Below are positions 1 through 9,245 of a stretch of DNA of 64,000 nucleotides, one piece after another. The notes under the pieces were generated by a model, which was given only the letters and a program-made list of their open reading frames with translations, ran no database searches and was not told the DNA's origin. The position numbers and the translations under genes were made by a program. The stretch is from Candidatus Latescibacterota bacterium (lineage in GTDB: Bacteria > Latescibacterota > UBA2968 > UBA8231). The stretch spans positions 1 to 64,000 of the forward strand of contig CBDBIJ010000091.1 of the NCBI GenBank assembly GCA_965205655.1, written 5' to 3'. The stretch's first letter is position 1; every line of letters starts with the position of its first letter.

Positions 1-884
1 CCGAACTGGCCGGCGCGCGAAACCGGCCCGTGCTCATCTCCATTGCGCCAGACGCTGAACCACGGATACTCAGAAGTCTTCCAGACGTACCCCAGCAGGA
101 GACTGTTGGAAGCGCTGGCGGCGGTCGTCCAGCCGTACTCGCCTTCTATGACATAGGAGGCACAGTTCGAATCGCGCCCGTCGACCAGACGACGCTCGTC
201 CACCAGCTGCCCGTTCTTCAAAGCATCAGGCCACAAGACCGCCTCCTGTTCAGGATCGGGGAGAGGAGGATACCGGTGCCCCAATCCTTTGCCGGCGTTG
301 GCGTCGACGACAGTCGCTTTGTCCAGGAAGGGCGCCGCGATGCTCGGATGCTGAACCATATTGTATACTCTGCCGAGTCCGTTCCGGTTGGTGACCGTCT
401 CCACGACGGTGAACAGGGGCTGCTCCTCCGCCAACTCGATTCGCCGCTCGATCTCGAGACCGGCGATCGGCAGCATGGCGCTCATCTGCGCGCGAATCAC
501 ACCGCCCTCCCTCGCCGGTTCCGCGTCGACACTCCAGACAACGCGTGCGGCCTCGCCGTGAAACGGCATGCCGTTGGCGGCTTCGCCCGCAGTGGGCGCA
601 CCCCAGCGATCCAGGCACAGATAGTGGCCCATCGGACGTGGATCGGGACCTTCACCCGCCGCCTTCCACGACAGGGGGTTGACCCCGTGGCCTTTGATGT
701 GAAAATCGACGAACGAGCCGGCGGCGATGTCGACGGTCAGCTCCGCAGACTCGCCTCCGAGGACGATGGAGCGGCGGCCGTCGATGAAGGTTTCCGACGC
801 TGCCGCCGCAGCCGCGAGGATAATGAGCAGGAATGCACGCATGCCGGCCTCCGCAATAATAGACAGGGTCGAGGGCACCTTCAT
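1..884 (-). CDS. Secreted galactose mutarotase/aldose-1-epimerase-like fold protein (3' end runs off the window)
   Basis: Not in the ORF track. Translated by hand from ATG at 884, which overlaps the TGA of the upstream permease (ATGA); alternative ATG at 842. Reads MRAFLLIILAAAAASETF...GHYLCLDRWG...GMPFHGEA...IERRIEL...ETVTNRNGLGRVYNMVQHP, open to position 1. Confidence 0.7.
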   Translation of the reverse strand, partial: MKVPSTLSIIAEAGMRAFLLIILAAAAAASETFIDGRRSIVLGGESAELTVDIAAGSFVDFHIKGHGVNPLSWKAAGEGPDPRPMGHYLCLDRWGAPTAGEAANGMPFHGEAARVVWSVDAEPAREGGVIRAQMSAMLPIAGLEIERRIELAEEQPLFTVVETVTNRNGLGRVYNMVQHPSIAAPFLDKATVVDANAGKGLGHRYPPLPDPEQEAVLWPDALKNGQLVDERRLVDGRDSNCASYVIEGEYGWTTAASASNSLLLGYVWKTSEYPWFSVWRNGDEHGPVSRAGQF

Positions 885-2890
885 TTCTCCTGCGGTACGA
901 CGATACCCCGGATGATGATGTTCTGGCATAGCACGAATACGAGAAAAGTCGGAATGGCGGCGATGACGATGGAGGCGAAGACGACGGAGGGATGGGAATG
1001 AGCCTGCAACTGATAGATCCAGACCATCATCGTCCACATTTTCTGATCGGGAATGATGATGAGCGCCATCATGAAGGCACTGTATGCGGCCGTGAAGGCG
1101 CCCAGCGCGATGACGGCGAGAATCGGCTTGGACAGGCTCATGGTGATGGTCCAGAACATGGTCCACTCGCCGGCGCCGTCGATCTCGGCTGTTTCGTAGA
1201 GCTCGCGCGGCAAGCTGTCGAAAAAGCCCTTGAGCAGAAAAATGAAGAAGCCGTTCGCCATTCCAGGCAGGATCAATGCCCAAAAGGTATTCAGCAGGCT
1301 GACATTGTGCGACTCCATCGCCGTGGGAATCATCCAGCAACCCGCTATCAGTCCAGCGCCGAGTGCCGTTGATATACGCCACGACTCCGACCACTGTGGC
1401 CGCAGTTTCGATAGCCCCCAGAGCACGGCGGCCAAAACGAGCGCGCCTCCGATCAACGGCCACAGAGGAAATCGCTTCAGCAACAGAAACGACGGGATCA
1501 TCGCCACCTCACCGGGGAACGCCATCGTCGCCATGCAGAACAGAATAATCTTGTAGGCGCTCGGAGGTTTGTAGCGGCTCAGAGCGTAGGCGGCAAGCGG
1601 GTTGACGAGAAGCGATGTGCCCACGGCCAGAAGACAATAGATGGCGGTGTTGGCGATGCCGCGGCCATGGAGGAGGAGGAATTCGAAAACTCGCCTGTAG
1701 TTGCGAACGGTGAATTCCCACCGCAGCGCCCAGGTGTCAGCCATGGCGTCGTGATAGTCGGCCTGGGCCAGGGGCATCGCCAGGGGAGCGATCTCGTCCA
1801 CCGCCACCCCGCGCCGGTCGGCGACAAACCTCTCGAATGCCTGGCGCGGGCCGAACAGCTCGATGGCCTCGGCGGGGCAGCCGGCGGGACCGGTGTCTTC
1901 GATGAATGCCTGCCAGTCGACCTTGGGGCGCGAACCGTCGGGTGCCACATGCGGGAACGGCACGTCATCGAACGACGGGAAGTCGGTGCCGTACGCGGCG
2001 TTCAGTTCGGAAATCGAACGGTACCTCGCCGCCAGGTGAAGCCGATAGCGGGAGGAAACCACGGGGTCGAGCCGAAGATATCGCAGCGGTACCTCGCCGC
2101 GAACATACTCCTCCCACTCCCTGCGCTCGACGGCGGTCTCGGGGAGGCGCCGCCGCAGGAAAACCTGGTCGTAGCTGTCGTGGTCCGTGCCGTGCGCCCG
2201 GTTGTAGGCGGCGATGTCATTGGTGTACGCAGGCGTCAGGACAGCGCGCCTGAAGCGCCCGTCGATATTGGGGATGATCCGGTCGGGTCTTGGCCGCGCC
2301 GCTTTGAACTGGTGCCAGACTTCCTCGATGCCGCGCATGACCTCATACTGACGTCCCCCTGTCTGCGCCGGGGTATTCACTTCGCTCCACGATCTTGCAC
2401 CGAGGCCGGTGGCGCGAGCATAGGCGGTGATGTCGCCATCGAAATGGTCGTACAGCACCTGGCGGAACAGCCGGTTGTTCTTGTGCGGTAGTCGCCACTG
2501 CCGGCCGTGGCCCAACTGGTACCAGGTAACCGGCATGTCGAATTGGTCGCGCCAATCGAGGTAGTCCTTCAGCACACGCTCATCCACCGGCTCCGGAATC
2601 TCGATCGTCCGCCAGTTCCTCAATTCCACAGACCAGGTCTCCTCGAACCACCGGCGGCTCATGACATACTTGGACTCGCAGTATTTCTGGAAGAGCACGA
2701 GGTCGTCGAACCAGTATTCGGGATAGGGTGATACGTAGTAGAAGTCGGTATCGCTCTTGACAGAGCCGGCCAGCATGAGCGTGAAGGGGTAGAGCATCGT
2801 CACCGACCCGCCGATCAGCACCGCGAAGATAAGCCCATAGATCTGGCGAACCTTCCAACTGCGCGCACCCACTTTACTGATGATGGGCAT
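881..2890 (-). CDS. Carbohydrate ABC transporter permease (MalG-like) with a large extracytoplasmic insertion
   Basis: N-terminal TM helix with LYPFTLMLAGSVK; C-terminal CUT1 permease with EAA loop (LPRELYETAEIDGAG) and terminal FVLCQNIIIRGI. Confidence 0.92.
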   Translation of the reverse strand: MPIISKVGARSWKVRQIYGLIFAVLIGGSVTMLYPFTLMLAGSVKSDTDFYYVSPYPEYWFDDLVLFQKYCESKYVMSRRWFEETWSVELRNWRTIEIPEPVDERVLKDYLDWRDQFDMPVTWYQLGHGRQWRLPHKNNRLFRQVLYDHFDGDITAYARATGLGARSWSEVNTPAQTGGRQYEVMRGIEEVWHQFKAARPRPDRIIPNIDGRFRRAVLTPAYTNDIAAYNRAHGTDHDSYDQVFLRRRLPETAVERREWEEYVRGEVPLRYLRLDPVVSSRYRLHLAARYRSISELNAAYGTDFPSFDDVPFPHVAPDGSRPKVDWQAFIEDTGPAGCPAEAIELFGPRQAFERFVADRRGVAVDEIAPLAMPLAQADYHDAMADTWALRWEFTVRNYRRVFEFLLLHGRGIANTAIYCLLAVGTSLLVNPLAAYALSRYKPPSAYKIILFCMATMAFPGEVAMIPSFLLLKRFPLWPLIGGALVLAAVLWGLSKLRPQWSESWRISTALGAGLIAGCWMIPTAMESHNVSLLNTFWALILPGMANGFFIFLLKGFFDSLPRELYETAEIDGAGEWTMFWTITMSLSKPILAVIALGAFTAAYSAFMMALIIIPDQKMWTMMVWIYQLQAHSHPSVVFASIVIAAIPTFLVFVLCQNIIIRGIVVPQEK

Positions 2891-2908
2891 GGCCCGACGT
2901 CAGCGCTG

Positions 2909-3922
2909 TTACTTGAACGCCGGCTTGACCGGGGTTGAGTGGCGCGCGGCGGAGATGGTGCACGCTTCCAGGACGCCGATGACCCGCGCTGCGGACTCGG
3001 GGGTGACGTGCAGCCTGGCACGGCCCATGAGATGGCGGTAGACGTTCTCGTAGTAAGCGTCCCAATTGCTCTCTTCGTACGGTACTTCCGTCGTCATCTG
3101 GCGGTCGTCAATCACCGTTCTCACCACATACTTGCCGTCCGCAGGCACGATCGAGCCCCGTTCGCCGAGGATGCGCCACTTGAGTCTTTCCGCCATCGAG
3201 AGCTGGGAGATGGTGATTGTCGCCAGACAGCCGCCCTTGAAACGCATGGTATATTCGCTGTGGTCTTCGTTCGTGTAGCCCTTCCAGGCCCTGCTCTTTA
3301 CCCCGTAACCGCTGACCCAATCGATCTCTTCGTTCACCAGCTCGAGGGTCCAGTCGGTGAAGTGGGCGCCCCAGTCGTAGATGTGTCCGCCCGAGATCCT
3401 GCGGTCGGAGCGCCACCAGTCCGGCTGCTTTCCCCACCGATACATGCCGCACTCGATGCGGAATAGACGGCCGATAATTTTCTCCTTACGAATCAGGTTG
3501 CGCAGCGCCACGAAGTCGCCGTCCCAGCGGCGGTTGTGGAAGACGGAGAGCATGCGCCTTTTGCGTTTCGCCGTGCGCATCATCTCTTTCACCTCGGCGC
3601 TGGTTATGGCGAGCGGTTTTTCGCACACGACGTTGACGCCGGCATTCAGGCACTGGAGCGCCAGCCGTGCGTGGGTGTTGTGGGGGGTGATGATGGTCAC
3701 CAGGTCCAGATTCCCCGCCCGCAGCATGTCGCCGAGCCGCGCGTAGGTCTCGATGCCGGGAAAATCCTTCTCGGCAAGTTTGCGGCGAGTCGGGTCCATG
3801 TCGCACATGGCGCCGGCCTCCATACGCGGATTGCGGATCATCGAGTTCAAGTGCCGTGGCCCCATACCGAAGGCGCCGCCGTAGCCGACGACTCCGCAAC
3901 GAAAAACCTTCTTGCTCGGCAT
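2909..3922 (-). CDS. Gfo/Idh/MocA family oxidoreductase
   Basis: GVVGYGGAFG Rossmann motif, TPHNTH, VVCEKPLA, HNRRWDGDF, GGHIYDWGAHFTD. Confidence 0.95.
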   Translation of the reverse strand: MPSKKVFRCGVVGYGGAFGMGPRHLNSMIRNPRMEAGAMCDMDPTRRKLAEKDFPGIETYARLGDMLRAGNLDLVTIITPHNTHARLALQCLNAGVNVVCEKPLAITSAEVKEMMRTAKRKRRMLSVFHNRRWDGDFVALRNLIRKEKIIGRLFRIECGMYRWGKQPDWWRSDRRISGGHIYDWGAHFTDWTLELVNEEIDWVSGYGVKSRAWKGYTNEDHSEYTMRFKGGCLATITISQLSMAERLKWRILGERGSIVPADGKYVVRTVIDDRQMTTEVPYEESNWDAYYENVYRHLMGRARLHVTPESAARVIGVLEACTISAARHSTPVKPAFK

Positions 3923-4006
3923 CGATCCCTCTCCTATCAGGGTTGAAAATTTTCCGCTTGTCTATCCGTTGCAGCTCGCAGCTCTCACAAAGAATGCGTT
4001 CTCGGT

Positions 4007-6613
4007 CTAGGCGTCAACGCTATCAGCGGTCTTGAATTCCATCCGACTCAGTCTCTGCAGCTGCAGCACGGTAAAACCCACCAGCAGTGATCCCACGATC
4101 CACGCCATGGCCGTGGCGGCTCCAAAGCGCAGGTAGGCGAAGGCTTCCATGAAGATGCGCAGGCCGACGACCTCGGTCTGTCCGTACGGGTTGTAGGGGC
4201 CTCCGCCCGTCATGGCGAGAATGAATTCGCTGCCGCTGCGGACCGCGCCGATGAGGGCGCCGATGAAATTGATGAAGATGAGGCCGCGGATGCCGGGAAT
4301 CGCCACGTGAATGGTCTTATGCCAGACACCGGCGCCGTCCACGTCGGCTGCTTCGTACTGCTCCTCGGGCACGGTCTTGAGCGCCGCCAGGTAGATGAGA
4401 CAACCGGGCCCCATGCCGGCCCAAATAGAGGGCAGCAGGCACGCCATCAGCGCGAATGTGGGAGAGGTCAGCCACAGTGTGTGCACGTGTTCGAGCGCCA
4501 CGCCGGGCAACGTATTGAGCAGATCGATGAAAAAATTGATGACGTGGTTGATCATGCCGAACTGGCCGTAAAAGCCCTTCCACAGGAAGATGACGATCAC
4601 GCCTGCGAGGACGGTGGGCAAGTAGTAGATGGTCCTGAAGAGAACCTTGCCACGGGGTACCTCGGTGAGCAAAACGGCCAGCACGATTGGCGCCACGAAG
4701 CCGAAGGCCATGAACAGAGCGGCGTACTTGACCGACACCCACATGCTGAACCAGAACTCGGGATCGAACAGCACGAAGGCGAAGTTCTCCATCCCCACCC
4801 AGCGGCTCATGCCGCGGACATTGTACTCCTGGAAGGCCATCACCGAGCCGCGGGCGAGCGGGTAGTAGGCCCACATGCCGATCGTCGCCAGAGCCGGCAG
4901 CATCAGCAGGTAGGCCCATCTGTAGCGGCCGAGCTGCCAGCGGCGGTTCTCCGAAGGGGAAGCATGTTCGAAGGTCTTGAATACCCTGCGAAAGACGAGC
5001 GCGAAAACGACGAGGATCGCCACCGCCACACCGACGGCTGTCCATCGCCGCGCGCCGTGCTGTCGGGACCCGAACACGCCGAGCATCTTTTCGTTGGCCT
5101 GAACGACCCGCTCCTGAAGAATCTGCCGGATGCGGTCCTTCGCCGTTTTTTCGTCTCGGCTTGCGATGGCCTCGACGACTCGGTCGTCGGTGCGGATCTG
5201 CTCGATCGCCTTGTGAACGTACTGGTAGACCATCTGAGAATTCTTGCCAAATGGTTCGGGAACGGCCGATTCTGCGGCGAGTCGCAGCGATTCATTCCAC
5301 TGCGGGGGAATGGCGTCCAGAAAGTGGCCATAGCCGGCGGCGCGCAGCAGCCGCGGTCTCACGCACTGAGCGTAGCCGCCCTCGACGTATTTTCGCGCGA
5401 TGGTGATCTCGGCCTCCGTTCCGCCGACGTACTCGATGAAAAGCCAGGCGGCCTCGAGCTTGGCAGCATCGTCGGCCAGTCCAGCGTAAATCCCCAGCAT
5501 GCCAGCGTTGAAAGGAGTGCCCCTCATTCCGGTCGGAGAGGCGGGTACCGAACCAAACCCCCACTGGCTCCAGTCGAGGTATCGGTAAATGGAGGTATCG
5601 TACATCTCGGTGAAATGCATGGCGGGCTGCGCCAACGCCACGGTGTAACGCTCCGCCTCGACCCCCACAACACCGTCGAAGCGGCCGTGCTCGTTTTCGA
5701 AAGGCTCGAGAAACAACCGGGCCACGAAGTGGTAGGCCTCGACCGCTTCGTCGCTGTCAAAAACACAGTGCCAATTGCCCTCAACATCCTGGTCCAGAAC
5801 GCGACCGCCGAAGCTGTAGAGAATGCTCAGGGTCCCGTAGCCGAGGTTGTCCATTCTCAACTGCAGCCCGTAGTGCTGTGGTCGCCCCCGCGGATTCGTC
5901 AACAGGCGTGCCCACTCGAGCATCTCATCCAGGTCGGCCGGCGCCCGGTCGGGTAGACCAGCCTCGGCAAACAGACCCCTGTCGTACCTGAGCACCTGCA
6001 CGTCCCTGGTAAGGGGGAAGCACCAGATGTGAAAGTGGACATCGGCGGGCGGCTCCGACCACCGGCGCAGGTGCGGGCAGTCGGACCGATAGGGACACCT
6101 GCGGCGCATGGCCTGCCAACTGGCACGCGGGACTCGCCATGACAGGAGCCGCTCGTAGTTTGGCGCCTCTTTCATGAGTTCCAGATAGGCGGACAGATCC
6201 AACAGATGGCCGTCCGGGATATTCAAGCCCGCATACGCCTCGACGAACCTGTCCAGCGGATACAGGAACTTGTTGCGGATGTAGGTGTCCGATTTGCGGA
6301 AGTCGACCGCCATCACCTCAGGGGGGATGTCGCCGGCGATCTGCATGAGGGGCGCGATGTCGTCAGTGCGGCCGGGAATCCTCAAACCCACGGACGGAGC
6401 CAGCGTGATGTGCGGATGAATCTGTTGAAAGCGCTGGTGGATTTCGCGCACCGCCCAGCCGGTCACATTATAGGCCTCTCCCGTCTCCACACCGGCGGCG
6501 CGCAGCGTCACTGGCCGCTGTGACGCGGTCTGGAGCGCCTCGTCCGCCATCGCCGCCGCCGGCAAGACCGTCACTGTCAGGAAGAGCAGTGCACTGCGAA
6601 GTGCCCGATCCAT
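4007..6613 (-). CDS. Fused extracellular solute-binding protein / sugar ABC permease (MalF-like)
   Basis: Signal peptide, SBP family 1-like region (LRYDRGLFAEAGL...LDEMLEWARLLT), then permease with WVGMENF, EAA loop YEAADVDGAG and MTGGGP. Confidence 0.9.
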   Translation of the reverse strand: MDRALRSALLFLTVTVLPAAAMADEALQTASQRPVTLRAAGVETGEAYNVTGWAVREIHQRFQQIHPHITLAPSVGLRIPGRTDDIAPLMQIAGDIPPEVMAVDFRKSDTYIRNKFLYPLDRFVEAYAGLNIPDGHLLDLSAYLELMKEAPNYERLLSWRVPRASWQAMRRRCPYRSDCPHLRRWSEPPADVHFHIWCFPLTRDVQVLRYDRGLFAEAGLPDRAPADLDEMLEWARLLTNPRGRPQHYGLQLRMDNLGYGTLSILYSFGGRVLDQDVEGNWHCVFDSDEAVEAYHFVARLFLEPFENEHGRFDGVVGVEAERYTVALAQPAMHFTEMYDTSIYRYLDWSQWGFGSVPASPTGMRGTPFNAGMLGIYAGLADDAAKLEAAWLFIEYVGGTEAEITIARKYVEGGYAQCVRPRLLRAAGYGHFLDAIPPQWNESLRLAAESAVPEPFGKNSQMVYQYVHKAIEQIRTDDRVVEAIASRDEKTAKDRIRQILQERVVQANEKMLGVFGSRQHGARRWTAVGVAVAILVVFALVFRRVFKTFEHASPSENRRWQLGRYRWAYLLMLPALATIGMWAYYPLARGSVMAFQEYNVRGMSRWVGMENFAFVLFDPEFWFSMWVSVKYAALFMAFGFVAPIVLAVLLTEVPRGKVLFRTIYYLPTVLAGVIVIFLWKGFYGQFGMINHVINFFIDLLNTLPGVALEHVHTLWLTSPTFALMACLLPSIWAGMGPGCLIYLAALKTVPEEQYEAADVDGAGVWHKTIHVAIPGIRGLIFINFIGALIGAVRSGSEFILAMTGGGPYNPYGQTEVVGLRIFMEAFAYLRFGAATAMAWIVGSLLVGFTVLQLQRLSRMEFKTADSVDA

Positions 6614-6616
6614 CGT

Positions 6617-7489
6617 CTATTCGGGTGGGAAGACGTATTCCAGGCCCGTGAGCTGGCGCAGGGCTTCTTTGGCGGCGTCGTGGTCGGGGCCGTCGCTTTC
6701 GGAGAACAGGCGCTCGAGATCGGACACTGCGGTGCTATCGCCGCACTGGCCCAGAGCCCGAGCGACCTCGGTGCGGACCCAGAGGCTGGTGTCCATCAGG
6801 GTGAGGCGCAGCCCGTCGAGGCCGCGGCGCGTCCGGTGTTGTCCCAGCATCTGGGCGGCGATGTAGCGCATGGTCTCGTCGCGGTCCCGTAGCGCCGCAA
6901 TGGTGTTGGTTTCGGCAGTGGGAGTCCACAGGTAGACGAGTGCGGCCAGGGCGTGCTGACGCACAAGGTCCACCGAGTCCTGCAGAGCGGCGATGAGGGG
7001 AGCCACCGCTGTCGTGTCGCGGAGATCGCCCAAGCTGCGCGCGGCAGCGGAGCGCACGGCAGGGGTCGTGTCCTCAGCCAGAACCCGCTCCAGAGCCCGA
7101 CCTAGCTGAGGGTCTCCCAACTGACCGAGAGCCTCGATGGCCTTTTCGCGCACATGGACGTGAGGGGCGTGAATGAGTTGCTGCAAAAAGGGGGCGGCGC
7201 GCCGGTCGCCGATCTGGCCCAGGATCTGGCAGGCGATGTAGCGGAGACTGTCCGAGCCGTCGGTGGCGCTCTGGATGAGAGGCATGACAGCGGGTTGACC
7301 GATCAGGATCAACTTGTACGTGGCGCCGAGGCGAACTTTCTGGCGGGGATCCGAGAGCTGGGCGATATAGGCTTCTGGCGTCTTCTCACACCCGGTGAGA
7401 AGACCCGCGAGCAGGGCGACCAGCACTCCTAGCGGCAGGAAGGATGTTGCAGGACCGAAGAGCGCCCGTGGCTGTGCGGCAGAGCTCAT
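6617..7489 (-). CDS. HEAT/PBS-lyase repeat lipoprotein
   Basis: Repeats such as VREKAIEALGQLGD and VRSAAARSLGDLRD; lipobox LLTGC. Start moved from 7708 to ATG 7489 to avoid overlap with the upstream gene. Confidence 0.88.
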   Translation of the reverse strand: MSSAAQPRALFGPATSFLPLGVLVALLAGLLTGCEKTPEAYIAQLSDPRQKVRLGATYKLILIGQPAVMPLIQSATDGSDSLRYIACQILGQIGDRRAAPFLQQLIHAPHVHVREKAIEALGQLGDPQLGRALERVLAEDTTPAVRSAAARSLGDLRDTTAVAPLIAALQDSVDLVRQHALAALVYLWTPTAETNTIAALRDRDETMRYIAAQMLGQHRTRRGLDGLRLTLMDTSLWVRTEVARALGQCGDSTAVSDLERLFSESDGPDHDAAKEALRQLTGLEYVFPPE

Positions 7490-7496
7490 TCGACCA

Positions 7497-9020
7497 TCAG
7501 GAAGCGTTGGCGTGACCAGGTGAGCATGAGCAGAAGAGCTTGACGATTTCAGGTTTGGTGACCTTCCCCATAGAGTTCCGCGGCAGCGCATCGACCAGGA
7601 GCAGGCGGGACGGCACTTTGTATGGAGCCATTCGTTCCTTACCCCAGGCGCGCAGCGACTCCAACTCCGGAGGGTGGCCGGCCGCGGGAACGACGGCAGC
7701 GGCGACACGCTGGCCCCATTCCGGATCTTCGATACCGACCACGGCGCACTCCTCTATTGAGGCGTGGGTGCGAAGCACGTCCTCAACCTCGAGGGCCGAT
7801 ACTTTGTAGCCGCCGGTCTTGATGATGTCCACCGAGCTGCGCCCGAGGATCCGGTAGGTCCCATCCTCACGAACCGCTACATCGCCGGTCTTGAACCATC
7901 GATCGTCGGTGAACGCTGACCCGGTCGCCTCCGGTCGCTCCCAGTAGCCTTGAAACACGGATGGTCCTCGCACCTGAATTTCACCAGGTGTCCCGTTCGG
8001 AACCGGCCGATCGTCGTCCCCCCGAAGCCGGATCTCCACAGCGGGAAGAGGCGTGCCGACGCAGCCGGGTTTGCGTTGCCCATGGAGCGGATTGGAAAGT
8101 CCCATGCCGATCTCGGTCATGCCATAGCGTTCCAGCAAGGTGTGGCCGCTGATCGAACGGAATTTCTCGAGCACTGTCACAGGCAGCGCCGCGGATCCGC
8201 AGACCATCAGTCGCAGCCATCCGCATCCCACTCGCATCGCTTCGCGTCTTTCGGGGGACGCAGACTCCCATTCTGCGATCAGGCGGGCATAGACCGTCGG
8301 GACCGCCATGAACAGGGTCAACCCGGCACCCTCGACGAACCGATCCCAAACCAGCGCCGCGTCGAACTTCGGCAGGATTTCGCAGGTGGCGCCGGACCAG
8401 AGGGCGCAGCAGAGCACGTTGACGATGCCGTGGATGTGATGCAGAGGCAGGACGTGCAGGATGTGATCTTCAGCAGTCCATCCCCAGGCTTGCACCAGTG
8501 ACTGAATCTGGGCGGCGATGATGGCATGTGTGGTGACGGCACCCTTTGGACGGCTGGTGGTTCCGCTCGTGTAGATGATCATAGCCCGGCGCGACGGTTC
8601 GATCTTCGGCAGAGGTCCGGGATTCCAGTCCGACAACTCCGCCGTCGTCAGAAATTTCAGTCCTCTCGCCACGGCGATCGAACGTAGACCTTCTTCGCAT
8701 TCGGGATGCGCCACGACGATGGAAGCACGAGCATCGTCTATCACGTAGGCGAGTTCAGGAGCAGGATGCTCGATGCAAAGCGGAACGGCAATTCCGCCTG
8801 CCCGCCAGACGCCCCACTGCACGGCAACGTAGGTCATTCCGGGCGGGGTGAGGAAGGCCACACGCGCTTCGGACAGATCCTCCTGCCGGTTCAACAGACC
8901 CGCGGCATAGCGGCCCGACAACTCCAGAAGGTCACGGTAGCTGAACGGCCCCTCGGAAGCGATAATTGCAGTTCGCTCCAGAAACGAGCTCGCCCGATCC
9001 ACCAGTGGTATTCCGCTCAT
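7497..9020 (-). CDS. Acyl-CoA synthetase, malonyl-CoA synthetase (MatB/ACSF3)-like
   Basis: AMP-binding motif YTSGTTSRPKG, LPLHHIHG, ERYGMTE (MatB/ACSF3 signature), FKTGD, LPRNSMGKV. Confidence 0.9.
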   Translation of the reverse strand: MSGIPLVDRASSFLERTAIIASEGPFSYRDLLELSGRYAAGLLNRQEDLSEARVAFLTPPGMTYVAVQWGVWRAGGIAVPLCIEHPAPELAYVIDDARASIVVAHPECEEGLRSIAVARGLKFLTTAELSDWNPGPLPKIEPSRRAMIIYTSGTTSRPKGAVTTHAIIAAQIQSLVQAWGWTAEDHILHVLPLHHIHGIVNVLCCALWSGATCEILPKFDAALVWDRFVEGAGLTLFMAVPTVYARLIAEWESASPERREAMRVGCGWLRLMVCGSAALPVTVLEKFRSISGHTLLERYGMTEIGMGLSNPLHGQRKPGCVGTPLPAVEIRLRGDDDRPVPNGTPGEIQVRGPSVFQGYWERPEATGSAFTDDRWFKTGDVAVREDGTYRILGRSSVDIIKTGGYKVSALEVEDVLRTHASIEECAVVGIEDPEWGQRVAAAVVPAAGHPPELESLRAWGKERMAPYKVPSRLLLVDALPRNSMGKVTKPEIVKLFCSCSPGHANAS

Positions 9021-9245
9021 TCGTTATCCCGAAGTAGGGCGCCGCCCCTCGATTCGACGTCTGTCTTCAGCTTGACACTCTCGATGACCGCCAGGAGATT
9101 GACATCCGCCGACCTTGCGACTCGAAGGCCGAAAGGTATGCACGGCATCTTCCCGTGCGCAACACCGGCTCATCCATCCTTTGAGAGGTGCCACCTCCGT
9201 GCAGTCGTCCAGTCGCCAGACGTGCGTGCCGAAGCTCGCACTGCC

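Noticed and set aside
8706..9245. Long N-terminal extensions in the ORF track (8706, 7708, 17377, 32167, 45847, 60646, 60893)
   Set aside because: Most overlap neighbouring genes and all precede the obvious signal peptide or domain start, so downstream starts were chosen.
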